Source: Octopus sinensis
Lineage: Eukaryota
NCBI RefSeq assembly: GCF_006345805.1
Contig: NC_043023.1
Coordinates: forward strand, 16,306,001-16,370,000
Length of the DNA stretch: 64,000 nt
Direction: 5' to 3'
The translations under genes were made by a program, and so were the position numbers. The notes below the pieces were generated by a model. The model saw only the letters and a program-made list of their open reading frames with translations. It did no database searches and had not been told where the DNA came from. This document shows, piece by piece, positions 1 through 12,388 of this stretch (positions are counted from its first letter, which is position 1; each line of letters begins with the position of its first letter).

Positions 1-500
1 GTGGAATATATGCATCACAGAATGTGCTTCGTGGAATATATGCATCACAGAATGTGCTTTGTGGAATATGTGCATCACAGAATGTGCTTCGTGGAATATA
101 TGCATCACAGAATGTACTTCGTGGAATATGTGCATCGTGGAATATGTGCATCGTGGAATATATGCATCACAGAATGTGCTTTGTGGAATATGTGCATCAC
201 AGAATGTGCTTTGTGGAATATATGTATTGTGGAATATGTGCATCGCAGAATGTGCTTCGTGGAATATATGCATCACAGAATGTACTTCGTGGAATATGTG
301 CATCGTGGAATATGTGCATCGTGGAATATGTGCATCGGGGAATGTGCTTTGTGGAATATATGCATCGGGGGAATGTGCTTTATGGAATATGTGCATCGTG
401 GAATGCACTTCATGGAATATGTGCAACGTGGAATATATGTATTGTGGAATATGTGCATCAGGGAATATGTTCATCGCAGAATGTGCTTCGTGGAATATAA
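1..500. repeat. Minisatellite of ~30-bp units (GTGGAATATATGCATCACAGAATGTGCTTC) built from 14-17-bp subunits
   Basis: Direct tandem reiteration of GTGGAATAT(A/G)TGCATC. The three overlapping ORFs here are repetitive translations of it. Confidence 0.95.
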
Positions 501-1041
501 TAAAATAAGCAATAATAAAATAAGCAAAAATAACAAACTTAGCTGAAAATAGTGTCCTTTGTCTACAGCTGAAAGTGAATAGATGTGCATGCAAATAAAA
601 AGAGTTGCTGAAAGTCTATGTGAGAGACTTACGTCCATGCAAAAGTTCACAAACCATGCAGGCTTTGTACATCAGGATGAGATGAAAAGCGTGTGTGTGC
701 TGAAAAGGTTGCATGTGCGGGCTTCCATATTTTCTTCCAGTTAGTTTCTTGGCATGTAAGCGAATACCTTGTGCGTCGGCTGTGTTGCATTGCAGCGAAG
801 TGCATCGTAGATTGCATTGCAGAATAGTGCTTCCTGTAGCAGATCGATGGACGGTGCATCATGGTGGTGTCGAAGGTTGTCATTCATTTTCCTTTGGGTT
901 AGCGACTGTAGATGGTCCAGTTCTTTAATTCGAATCAGCATCTAGCATGAAAAGGTATTATTTCTCTTTACACGGGTTCACCAAATTGTTGGTAACATAG
1001 GTTCAGAAGGCAGCCAATCTTTTTCCACGGGCTCGCCAGTT

Positions 1042-1295
1042 TCATCATCATCATCATCATCATCATCGTTTAACGTCTGTTTTCCATGCTAGCATGGGTT
1101 GCACCAGGCTCCAGTCTTATCTGGCAATGTTTCTACAGCTGGATGCCCTTCCTAATGCCAACCACTCCGTGAGTGTAGTGGGTGCTTTTTACATGCCACC
1201 TGCACAGGCGCCAGGCGAGGCTGGCAACGGCCACGGTCGTATTGGTGTATTTTACGTGCCACCGGCACGGAAGCCAGTCGAGGCGGCGCTGGCTT
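1042..1295 (-). mobile_element. 3' fragment of a SINE-like retroposon with (GAT)n tail
   Basis: (ATC)n followed by GTTTAACGTC..CCATGCTAGCATGG..GCTGGATGCCCTTCCT. The same family recurs at 5986-6500 and, in the opposite orientation, at 24125-24285. Confidence 0.75.
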
Positions 1296-2455
1296 GCAGT
1301 TAGTCTTTGTGAAGGCTACAATGCTCTTGTTCGGGGCCACAAGTTGTAACGGGTATATTTTTATTAGACTATTTGTAACGATAAAATTTTTAGTTGAAGT
1401 TGAGGGTCAGTAATTGTAACAGTAGAAATTGATTAGTAAACAATATTATGATGTGTCGATGAAAATTTGTTGTTATAATTGCATACTGTTGGATGTGAAA
1501 GAGGAACAATGCATGAAGTTTTAAGGAAATATTTATTTATTGTTACATTACCAATAACTTGCATCGACGAGCAGGTTTTGAAAAATCCAAAAGCATGCGA
1601 AGTAAAGTTTGTGATTGTGTCCTCTTCATTGTTTAGTAGTAAATACAGAGAGAGAGATAGAATGATGTTGTAAGAGAACAGAATTAGAGCTAGAGAGAGT
1701 TGTAGGGTGTGGGACGTTGTCTCACAGTTGCTGACAATAAACTTCATTTCTCCCTCTGAACAAGGTTTTAGCTGGTCAGCCAGACTTTGTTCTCACTGAG
1801 TTATCATTGTAGTGGCTAACTTGTTGAGTTATCACCGAAGTGACTGAACTTGTTGAGTTATCACAGGAGTTGACTTACTGATTTTTGCTTGGGGTGTTCT
1901 TGCTTTTATAACTAACCAGAGGGATAGATATATCATAGATTTAGTTGGTGGTTTTGTTATCTCTATTCTAGCTTTTGGTGAAGTAGAAAAGGTTAGAAAG
2001 GGTCAAGTAGTGAAGACATTATTTCAGCCTAGCTAAAGGCGTCTGGAAAATGTAAAACTGCTGTCAGAGAAAAAAACCCATTGTTCCACCATGGGAAAAG
2101 TTTTGTTGCAGTGTTAATTTAAATTCGGCTATGGTGGATCGAATTCACTTCATGCTAGCAAGATCCACTACAAACATTTACAGCAAAATCTCTTTTATTC
2201 CAACATACCTTGTACTTATGACTTGATGCAATGGAAATTTTCAAGAATCAACTGGGAAATACAAGCAAGAAAAGGAATTTAGTTTCTCTACATAAGCTGA
2301 AATATAAAATTGAAAAACTTTAGTTTTGAATATTTTACTGAAAATGTACTGAATTTTTTTTTTAATTCCAAAAAGTTAAAAAAGGTTATGAGGGGTTATA
2401 TGGGGTTCTTAAACCAGAATTTCACCAAAAATCAAATTTTCAAACCAATTTTTTG

Positions 2456-3533
2456 GGATCTTTTCCTTTTGAACGGCAGATCTCAACACAATTTCTAGTT
2501 AACTAAATTCTTTAAAACTTCGTATACTGGTAGAATGTGTCAAAATAAAACATTTTTTTTTCTTGGCTTTCTTGAGAAAATTGTAATTTGTTGGTTTAAC
2601 GTAGTTTAATTTTTCGAATTTTAACCAATCCTATGCTCTCTAGATTCGAAAATCATTTGCTGCGTCTAAAACTGAGACAACATCATACACACGTTTTCCG
2701 TATACATTCGGAAAGCGTGTGTATAAAATTATAAAATTATTTTGTTTGTTAATTGTTTAAATCACTTTCCATTGCTTTTGGGTTTTTTTACACGCGTAAC
2801 AATTAAATTAATTTAACAATTAAGAAGAAAAAATTTAGGGTTAGGGTTAGTTACAGGATGTTGTCTCAGTTTTAGATGCAGCAAATGATTTTAGTTGAAT
2901 GGAGGTAATCGATTGGTTAAAATTGCCAAAATGCTCGGATTTTCAGACAAAAAATCTTTCAAACCATAGAATTTTCTCAATAAAGCCAAGAGAAAAAGAT
3001 GTTTTATAAACACATTCTACCAGTATACGAAGTTTAAAAGTGTTTAGTTACGTGGAAATTATTTTTAAAAACTGCCGTACAAACCGAAAAGATCCCAAAT
3101 ATCTTACAAACTATAGGATTTTCTCAATAAAGCAAAGAGAAAGAGATGTTTTATAAACACATTCTACCAGTATACGAAGTTTAAAAGTGTTTAGTTACGT
3201 GGAAATTATTTTTAAAAACTGCCGTTCAAACCGAAAAGATCCCAAATATCTTACAAACTATAGAATTTTCTCAATAAAGCCAAGAGAAAAAGATGTCTTA
3301 TAAACACATTCTACCAGTATACGAAGTTTAAAAGTGTTTAGTTACATGGAAATTATTTTTAAAAACTGCCGTTCAAACCGAAAAGATCCCAAATATCTTA
3401 CAAACTATAGAATTTTCTCAATAAAGCCAAGAAAAAATGATGTTTTATAAACACATTCTACCAGTATAAGAAGTTTAAGTGTTTAGTTAACTAGAAATTG
3501 TGTTGACATCTGCCGTTCAAAAGGAAAAGAACC
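2456..3533. mobile_element. Foldback-type TIR element with internal 147-bp tandem repeats
   Basis: Termini GGATCTTTTCCTTTTGAACGGCAG / CTGCCGTTCAAAAGGAAAAGAACC with long inverted arms. CACATTCTAC recurs at 3011, 3158, 3305 and 3452 (147-bp period). Homologous empty sites at ~41515 and ~58185. Confidence 0.8.
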
Positions 3534-3791
3534 ATTTTTTTTTAACAGCATAAATGCTTTTATGGGGACAAAAATATTGAAAAACATGAATACGTTAGAG
3601 TGAGGAAAAAACAAGAAAGATGGTCGTGGGATGTGTTAGAAACAACAGGCAGATCTCCCTTAAATCACACACCTTTCTTTACTCATAACTTTCTGACAAA
3701 TGGATATTAAAGGATATATTGGAATTTGTTGTGAAAAAGTTTTCCGAGGGTGGGGTGAAAAGTTTTGGAAAATTCACATCAGTCGGCTTTA

Positions 3792-4466
3792 TTTACTCTT
3801 TTACTTGTTTCAGTCATTTGACTGCGGCCATGCTGGAGCACCGCCTTTAATCGAGCAACTCGACCCTGGGACTTATTCTTTTGTAAGCCCAGTACTTATT
3901 CTATCGGTCTCTTTTGCCGAACCGCTAGGTTTACTCTTTTTACTCTTTTACTTGTTTCAGTCATTTGACTGCGACCATGCTGGAGCACCGCCTTTAATCG
4001 AGGAAATCGACCCCCAGGACTTATTCTTTGTAAGCCCAGTACTTATTCTATCAGTCTCTTTTGCCGAACCGCTAGGTTTACTCTTTTTACTCTTTTACTT
4101 GTTTCAGTCATTTGACTGCGACCATGCTGGAGCACCGCCTTTAGTCGAGCAAATCGACCCCGAAACTTATTCTTTGTAAGCCCAGTACTTATTCTATCGG
4201 TCTCTTTTGCCGAACTGCTAAGTTACGGGGATGTAAACACACCAGCATCGGTTGTCAAGCAATGCTAGGGGGACAAACACAGACACACAAACACACACAT
4301 ATATACGACAGGCTTCTTTCAGTTTCCGTCTACCAAATCCACTCACAAGGCATTGGTCGGCCCGAGGCTATAGCAGAAGACACTTGCCCAAGATGCCATG
4401 CAGTGGGACTGAACCCGGAACCATGTGGTTAGTAAGCAAGCTACTTACCACACAGCCACTCCTGTG
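3792..4466 (-). mobile_element. tRNA-derived SINE with its 3' ~148 bp triplicated
   Basis: Head has A box TGGCTGTGTGG and B box GGTTCAGTCCC. The 3' segment plus (GAGTAAAA)n tail is present three times (starts ~3792, ~3930, ~4078). Confidence 0.85.
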
Positions 4467-4953
4467 CCCATAAATTTTTTTTTTTTTTTAGAATATATTT
4501 CAATATAATTGTAATCTACAACATCTGAAACATATTTGTTGCAAATTTCGTTTAAAAGAATATTCATTTTTCTGGACGATATGAGGAAAGAAAGGTGTAT
4601 GGACGTGGGGGGGGGGGATGCACTTAAATATAATGAAATTATTGTATACAGTGCTCAGGTGCACCACAACTTGTGTAGATATGCCTTTACTTCTTTCAGC
4701 AATTTGACTGTGGCCATGCTGGAGCGTCATCTCAAAGCGATTTAGTCAAACAAATTGACCCCAGGACTTATTTTTAAGCCTAGAACTAATTGTATTGATA
4801 TCTTTTTGCCAAAACACTAAATTAGGGGGACCTTATCACATCAACACCTGCTGACAAGTGGGGACAGGATGATTAAACAGAGACCAAAGATAAACACACA
4901 CACACACATAGAAACTGAAAAGAGCCTATCGTGTAAATATATATATATATATA

Positions 4954-5345
4954 CTAGCAGTATCGCCTGGCGTTGCTCGGGTTTGTAAGGGAAATAACTA
5001 TATAAGCATTTTTAGAGAGTTATAGCCAAAAAAATAGCCAAAAAATGCATTAAAAATGGAAAAAAAATGATGGTAAATTTTTTTTTAAATCGTTGACTCA
5101 TCGTAGACATTTTTAGAGAGTTACTTCCCTTATATAATAGCGAAAAAAATGCATTAAAATGGAAAAAAATGATGGTAAATTTTTTTTTAAATCGTAGACG
5201 CGTGCTAATACCCAGAAGGGCTTGATATGAATCACGACTATAAGATACCCGGTTTTGGTTAAACTGCACCGCAAAATGTGGGAGTAGTTAGGAATCTAAA
5301 TCATAGGAGACAGACAGCACACAACCTCTCTTTTATATATAAAGA
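4954..5345 (-). mobile_element. Non-autonomous Helitron
   Basis: On the minus strand: 5' TC(TTTATATATAAA), 3' hairpin CCGAGCAACGCCAGG then CTAG, in an A|T context. Confidence 0.8.
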
Positions 5346-5522
5346 TATAGTACAGAGTGAGATAGGGGTTATGAGTGTAACCCACTATGGGATATCATTT
5401 ATCCAATATACTGCCAGTAAAGTACCCAGAAATGCTAAGAATTGCAATGCAATTCATTTATTGTATTATATGGGCGAAGGTAAAATGTTTTACCTGAAAT
5501 TCATAATACAAAATAAGAAAAT

Positions 5523-5983
5523 GGAGGAATAGATTTCTTTCAATCATCAACTTCCAGATAATACCAATTCATATAATTTATTAACTAATTAAATAGGAAC
5601 ATCCAAATCCAACAGAATAAGACAGAATAAAACAATATACATCTATAAGTAAGATAATACCATAAAAATAATACACATAAAATGGATCTTAAAGCTGTTT
5701 CAGCCTAGGCCTTGAGATATATATATATAAGTAACTCATTTTTAACTGCATATTACCTCAATACATCTGACTAATATGGGCATAATGAGATACCCTTATC
5801 TACAGGCTGAAACAGCTGTAAGATCCATTTTATATGTATTATTTTTATGGTATAATCTCATTGATGTATATTATTTTATTCTGTTTTACTCTGTTGGATT
5901 TGGATGTTCCTATTTAATTAGTTAATAAATTATATGAATTGGTATTATCTGTAAGATGATGATTCTAAGGAATCTATTCCTCC
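5523..5983. mobile_element. Palindromic MITE-like element (arms ~190 bp)
   Basis: GGAGGAATAGATT..TAATACCAATTCATATAATTTATTAACTAATTAAATAGGAACATCCAAATCC is inverted at the right end. Left-arm fragments recur at ~29958 and ~35238. Confidence 0.75.
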
Positions 5984-5985
5984 TC

Positions 5986-6500
5986 CTCATCATCATCATC
6001 ATTTAGCGCCCGCTTTCCATGCTGGCATGGGTTGGACGGTGCAACTGGGGTCTGGGAAGCCAGAAGGCTGCACCAGGCCCAGTCTGATCTGGCAATGTTT
6101 CTACAGCTGGATGCCCTTCCTAACGCCAACCACTCTGTGAGTGTAGTGGGTGCTTTTTACGTGCCACTGGCACGGAGGCGAGGCGAGGCTGGCAAACGGC
6201 CATGATCGGATGGTGCTTTTTACGTGCCACCGGCACGGAGGCGAAGTGCGGCTGGCAAACGGCCACGATCGGATGGTGCTTTTTACATGCCACTGGCACG
6301 GAGGCCAGGCGAGGCTGGCAAACGGCCACGATCGGATGGTGCTTTTTACGCGCCACCGGCACAGAGGCCAGGCGAGGCTGGCAAACGGCCACGATCGGAT
6401 GGTGCTTTTTACGTGCCACCAGCACAGAGGCCAGTCGGGACGGCGCTGGCAACAGCCACGTTCGGATGGTTCTCTTATGTGCCACCGGCACTGGTATCAC
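5986..6500 (-). mobile_element. SINE-like retroposon containing a 63-bp VNTR
   Basis: (ATC)n tail. GTGCTTTTTAC recurs at 6150, 6213, 6276, 6339 and 6402. Confidence 0.8.
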
Positions 6501-6979
6501 ATCTACAATTTCCATTCATGTTGATCGATTTTGATTTTTGATTTTGATTTTTCTTATTTTGTATATGTCTATATATATATGTATATACACACATATACTT
6601 GTGACAGGCTTCTTTCATTTTCTTTCTACCAAATCCACTCACAAGGCTTTGAGTGCCCCATGGTTTTAGTAGCAAACACCTGATCTAAGAGCCACGCAGT
6701 GTGACCGAACCAATGTGGCTGGAATGCAAGCTTCTTACCACACAGCCATCCTAAATCGCTTAAAGAAATAAGCTTCAAAATAAACCTAATTAACAATCTT
6801 ATTCTTAATTATTTCAAGCTGTTAAAATTAATGATGATGACTGATTGAAATAACGATAATGAAATACCATAAATATATTTTATAAAACGTTTACATTACT
6901 TAATTAAAATAAGCTAATTAACAGTCTTATTCTTAATTATTTCAAGCGATCCATTCTAAATTAAAACTACATACACGAA

Positions 6980-7548
6980 TAGGTGCAGGGGTGGCTGTGT
7001 GGTAAGTAACTTGTTTACCAGCCACATGGTTCTGGGTTCATTCCCACTGCGTGGCACCTTGGGCAAGTGTCTTCTACTATGGCCTCGGGCTGATCAAAGC
7101 CTTGTGAGTGGATTTGGTAGACGGAAACTGAAAGAAGCCTGTCGTATATATGTAGGTGTAGGAGTGGCTGTGTGGTAAGTAGCTTGTTTACCAACCACAT
7201 GGTTCCGGGTTCAGTCCCACTGTGTGACACCTTGGGCAAGTGGCCCCATGTTGACCAAAGCCTTGTGAGTGGATTTGGTAGACGGAAACTGAAAGAAGCC
7301 CGTCATATATATATATATATATATATATGTGTATGTTTGTGTGTCTGTGTTTGTCCCCCCAACATAGATTGACAACCGATGCTGGTGTGTTTATGTTCCT
7401 GTAACTTAGTGGTTCAGCAAAAGAGACCGATAGAATAAGTACTGTGCTTACGAAGAATAAGTCCAGGGGTCGATTTGCTCAACTGAAGGCAGTGCTCCAG
7501 CATGGCCTCAGTCAAATGACTGAAAGAAGTAAAAGAGTAAAAGAGAAT
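6980..7548 (+). mobile_element. tRNA-derived SINE: 5' fragment followed by a full-length copy
   Basis: Two heads G(T/G)GGCTGTGTGGTAAGTA..GGTTCA. The second runs to CAGTCAAATGACTGAAAGAAGTAAAAGAGTAAAAGAG. Confidence 0.85.
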
Positions 7549-7859
7549 AGATAACATAATATTTGGCCACAAGAATTTTTGGAAGGAAATCTTAGTGGAA
7601 AGTTAGCCTTAAGGTTGAGCGTACACAATGTGTGTATGTGTGTGTGTGTGTGCATGCATACATACATAAAAGCATGCGTACATGAATTCTACACTCTATA
7701 TTAAGTAGGTACAGTTCAAATGTCAAGTGGTATTATTTAGTTCTGGGAAATTTATGATGCTGAAGTGTTCAGACTTCTGACCTTTTATATCGAACAAAGT
7801 AAATAATTTTTTGGCGACTAGCTAGCGCAGATGCGCGTACAGGGTCCAGTCTTCACGAC

Positions 7860-8182
7860 TAGTGCCTGCCTATCATCCTTTCGGGGTCGATAAATTAAGT
7901 ACCAGTTACGCACTGGAGTCGATGTAATCGACTTAATACCTATGTCTGTTCTTGTTTGTCCCCTCTATGTTTAGCCCCTTGTGGGTAATAAAGAAATAGA
8001 TATCATCTTAATTATAGACTAAATAGGTATCATCTTACTTATAGACTAAATAGGTATCATCTTAATTATAGACTAAATAGGTATCATCTTAATTATAGAC
8101 TAAATAGGTATCATCTTAATTATAGACTAAATAGGTATCATCTTAATTATAGACTAAATAGGTATCATCTTAATTATAGACT
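7860..8182 (+). repeat. 3' part of a second SINE family ending in ~6.7 copies of a 27-bp tandem repeat
   Basis: CATCCTTTCGGGGTCGATAAATTAAGTACCAG body. Unit TATCATCTTAATTATAGACTAAATAGG spans 8001-8182. Confidence 0.75.
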
Positions 8183-8364
8183 CAGCCGACAGCTGTACTC
8201 GTCCCAGATGCGATAACACGTATTCTGCGTAACTTATGAAGCTTGACAGCTGCCGACAATGTACAAAAGCGTGCTGGACGGTTTCATCGTCCAAGTAAGT
8301 AGTCGATATATATATATAAATAATGAGGGAGATAAATTAATATATATATATATATATATATATA

Positions 8365-8660
8365 CACTGCAACATAATTTCTTTTCCTCAACAGGCCCTG
8401 CCCTATTTAACATTGTCCCGAGGGAGATCAAAGAGGAAAAGGATCCCATCAACTTTAAACGGAGTCTGGATAGATTCCTTCAAAGAATACCAGATAAGCC
8501 ACCCATAATTGGATACAACTCACCCAACAAGAACTCACTACTTGAACAAAACTTGACTCAAACAGGATTTAGATAATCCTATCAGGTGGTGCTTTAAGTT
8601 AGACATGGCCTGGACCAATCCTTGGTCGAAACATATCTAAGTTTTATCTAAGTTCTAAGT
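8365..8660 (+). mobile_element. 3' end of a CR1/L2-group LINE
   Basis: Peptide FFSSTGPALFNIVPREIKEEKDPINFKRSLDRFLQRIPDKP..GY matches the F(S)..G..LFN.LP..IK....FK..LD.FL C-terminal pattern of CR1-group ORF2. Tail of CTAAGTT repeats. Confidence 0.7.
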
Positions 8661-8679
8661 TTTATATATATATATAATT

Positions 8680-9330
8680 GCAAACATATAAGGAATGGCC
8701 ATAATAGGACATCCGACTCACTAGAAAGAGCAGTTAAACTCCAAACCACTAATAGTTGTAATTCTGAAATGGAAAGAGAGATAAAAGGGTAAACGTTTTG
8801 GCGATCTTTCGTCTCTAGTAGACCTTTCCGTCGATTTCCGTAAAAAATTTTTTTTTTACATATGGGCTTGCGGGAACTTTTGAAGTAATGAGAGCGAAAG
8901 AGACTAAGAGAAAGCGATTGTATGACGAGGGAAGTTCTTTTGAAGTTACCGAAGCATTGATGTACATGTGTGTGTGTGTGTTTGATGGGGTGTGGGAGAC
9001 AGACAGTATGTTGTGTAAGTGAAGTGCTTCTGTTAGTGTGTGTGAAGAGACAGAGTAATGTGTGAAAGAAAGAGATAACTGAAATTTTGTACTCGGTGTA
9101 TGTGTATATGTATGTATATTACTTCAAAAGTTCCCGCAAGCCCATATGTAAAAAAAAAATTTTTTTTACGGAAATCGACGGAAAGGTCTACTAGAGACGA
9201 AAGATCGCCAAAACGTTTACCCTTTTATTTCTCTTTCCATTTCAGAATTACAACTATTAGTGGTTTGGAGTTTAACTGCTCTTTCTAGTGAGTCGGATGT
9301 CCTATTATGACCATCCCTTATATGCTTGAA
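8680..9330. repeat. Large inverted repeat enclosing a GGCG-terminated TIR element (8800-9209) related to the 59800-61099 element
   Basis: 8685-8890 is the reverse complement of ~9120-9326. The inner TTTCCGTCGATTTCCGTAAAAAA and ~230 bp of internal sequence are shared with 59800-60090. Confidence 0.8.
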
Positions 9331-9421
9331 TGTATATTACAGAGTCTATTGACTATGTTTTCTCTCTCACTTGACTGCTGGTAGCGGAGAATTTTTTTCT
9401 AGAATTTTTTGCTACCCTAAA

Positions 9422-9474
<53 letters not shown>

Positions 9475-10490
9475 GGAGTAAACACATAAATGTGAAACAA
9501 GGTGGAAAAAAGGGTAAAATTACAGATTATCACCCCCACGATTTTCACTAAGAAAAAAAAAAAAAAACTCGGATTTTTTGCGTGGAATCAAATACCCTGA
9601 CCTCCTAATATGCTGCAAATCCCATATTTTGGTCCGGAATTGCTCCGAAAAGGGGGGTAACCCCCTCCCCCGGAATTTTCACAAGGAAAAAAAAAATAAC
9701 ATATCAATAATTTAGAAAAGAAGCATTTCTAGAAAATAGTAAATTGAAGTGTGAACAAATTATTGATATATTATTGCGCAAAAGAAGATTTGGCACACTG
9801 TCATCCTATTAGCTGTCAGAAGTGAAAGTCGTCAACTTCGTGTATTTGCGTCAGGTTCGCTGTTAGGTTTATAAAACAATTGAAGTTCAGTTTAAAGTTT
9901 ATAAATAAATACATTTCATTCCATGTTCTGTTTAAACTTTATAAATAAATATATTCTTGCAGTGTGTGTATATGTGGCTATATGTCTGACTAATGTGTGT
10001 GTCTGTATTTATTGTATGTGTGTATAAGTAGTTATATGCTTATATTATCCAGAAAATTCAACAAAATCTGTTACTCTGAGTTTCTCGTTGCCGTTCATGA
10101 GACAGTTTTTGCTAGAATGGAGCAAAAACTGTCTGATGTATATGAAAGATAATGAGTGTAGATGTGTGTTTGGGTGTGATTAACTACAAGTAGATACAGC
10201 TGAATATGGCGTGATTGCGCGTACATCCGTTATCTTTCATAAACAGGGACACACATCTTTCACTTTCTCCTCTCAGAAGCATCGCCTTCCACTCATCATC
10301 AAAATAAAAGAAAAGAAAATAATTTTTTACGGGAATTTACGAACAATCCGCTGATCACATTCGACGCTTCTGCAGCCAAAGCCGAAAGATTTCCAGACGT
10401 AATTCTTCAGTTTTGGTAAACAACGTCAGTCACTGACACAAACTTCTCTTATGGCACAGACGAAGGGGCGGGACTACTTGCGTATAGACG

Positions 10491-10865
10491 TGTAGTGATG
10501 CTACTGTGTAGGGTTCGGCGCGCATGCGCAGAATGGGACTACTTCCCCATGTGCATGTGCGGGAAAACTCTCGAGCTCGCGAACCTCAAATCTCCCTCTT
10601 CGGCTCAAGACAGCACTGCGATCGGTCACGGTTTTCCTGGCTCTGACAGCCACACACCAAATTCAACCAACCGCAACGACCAACACCAGCAGTATATCAG
10701 AGGCTGTCTATTCCCCCATCAGACAACGATGAATCAATAAACCAAGTTGTCTGTTCACCTTTAACCTGAGTTTCGTCTGTTTGTTTTCTGCAAGAGTTTT
10801 GTATGTGACTAGAAAGGATCTCGACACCCTTCCAGTGCTTCGATGGTAGATCCTTTCACGTTACA
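10491..10865 (+). mobile_element. Solo LTR, 375 bp, 4-bp TSD GACG
   Basis: Starts TGTAGTG, ends CGTTACA, has an internal AATAAA. GACG flanks both sides. The paralogous empty site reads TATAGACGTCAC at ~59175. Confidence 0.85.
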
Positions 10866-11193
10866 GACGTCACGGCGCACGCACTTGTGTAGTCATGCAT
10901 CCGCAAAGCTAGTCATGACTAGTCGATCCATACTTTGAGTTTTATTGACTTTGTTTTAAAAACATTCACTAACACTAACCCTGACCCTACTTTTAGCCTT
11001 TCGTCTTTTTTTCTTAATTGATAAATTAATTTAGGCGAAGCCCATAAGTTTCAGTTTTCAGTACGAATTACTTGCTATTTCTATATAAATAAAATACGTA
11101 ATTTTATTTGGCGTAACTCCAGATGCGTGACCTCCTCGACTTTGGTGCGTCGTAACTTCCAGAAAAATGGATGCAACGAATACTGCTTAGATG

Positions 11194-11414
11194 CTGTGGT
11201 TTTCAACCAGGGTTCCGCGGAACCTTAGGCTTCCGTCAGTACAGTCCAGGGTTCCGCAAGCTGTTACAAAACTGCTAAAATCGACAGTAATTTTTAATTC
11301 TCCTGTGCAGATATGTGTGCATAATAAGACAATTAAATTATTGCACAGGGGTTCCTCGAGCCAGTGGAATGCTTCCTTGGGGTTCCGCTCCAGCAAAAAG
11401 GCTGAAAAGCACTG
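11194..11414. mobile_element. hAT/Charlie-like MITE
   Basis: Ends CTGTGGTTTTCAACC / GGCTGAAAAGCACTG. GCTTAGAT(GCTGTGG) is duplicated on both sides. Confidence 0.55.
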
Positions 11415-11624
11415 GCTTAGATGCTGTGGATTCAGAGGGAGTGATAGGGAGATAGAGGGATGGAGAAGGTGAAAGAGAGGGAATATGGGTGTGTGCGTTT
11501 TCTGTATTTACATTATTGGTAAATGAAGTGGAGAGAGAGAGAGAGAGAGAGAGTGTGTGTGTGTGTGTATAATGGGGAATAGAGGGAGGGAGAAGGTGAA
11601 AGAGAGAGAATATGGGTGTGTGTA

Positions 11625-12010
11625 TCTCTCTATATATAAACGGCAGTTTGTCTGTGCGTGTTTCTGTGTGTCTGTTTGCTTGTACCCTCACCCCGACCAC
11701 GGCTTTCAACCGATTCTGATGAAACTTGACACACACATAGCCCAATGTCATAATTCAAAACTAACTTAGCGAAAATTTTGAAAAGTTTCCCCAGTTCTGA
11801 AAAAAATCGATAAATTCGACATGGGGTCGAGAATCGGAAACACGAACCACAAACTGTCTAGGGGACGCAGCTCCATCCTTTTTTGACTCTCAAAAAAATA
11901 TTTACCATCATTTTTTTCCATTTTCTTGCTATTTTTTGGCTATAACTCTCTAAAAATGCTTTATAGTTATTTCCCTTACAAACCTGAGCAACGCCGGGCG
12001 ATACTGCTAG
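11625..12010 (+). mobile_element. Non-autonomous Helitron
   Basis: 5' A|TCTCTCTATATATAAA; 3' CCTGAGCAACGCCGGG hairpin then CTAG|T. Confidence 0.8.
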
Positions 12011-12049
12011 TTTTAAAACACACACACACACCCGAATACAGGCACTCTC

Positions 12050-12388
12050 TCTTTACCTTGTTTCATTTGACTGCGGCCATGCTGGAGCACCGCCTTTAGT
12101 CGAGCAAATCGACCCCGGGACTTATTCTTTGTAAGCCCAGTACTTATTCTATCGGTTTCATTTTTGCCGAACCGCTAAGTGACGGGGACGTAAACACACC
12201 AGCATCGGTTGTCAAGCAATGCTAGGGGGACAAACACAGACACACAAACACACACATATATATATATACATATATACGACAGGCTTCTTTCAGTTTCCGT
12301 CTACCAAATCCACTCACAAGGCATTGGTCGGCCCGGGGCTATAGCAGAAGACACTTGCCCAAGGTGCCACGCAGTGGGACTGAACCCG
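12050..12388 (-). mobile_element. tRNA-derived SINE (5'-truncated)
   Basis: Same family body as 3792-4466. Confidence 0.8.

Noticed and set aside
1-500. CRISPR-like appearance of ~30-bp repeats
   Set aside because: No unique spacers, the units are contiguous, the context is eukaryotic and there are no cas genes.
1-546. Three long overlapping ORFs with Cys/His/Trp-rich repeats
   Set aside because: They are translations of a 30-bp minisatellite open in all three frames, with no splice or domain evidence.
3700-4179. 159-aa ORF with three internal repeats
   Set aside because: It is the antisense reading of the triplicated SINE 3' end.
6120-6541. Four overlapping 105-131-aa ORFs
   Set aside because: Produced by a 63-bp VNTR whose unit is a multiple of 3.
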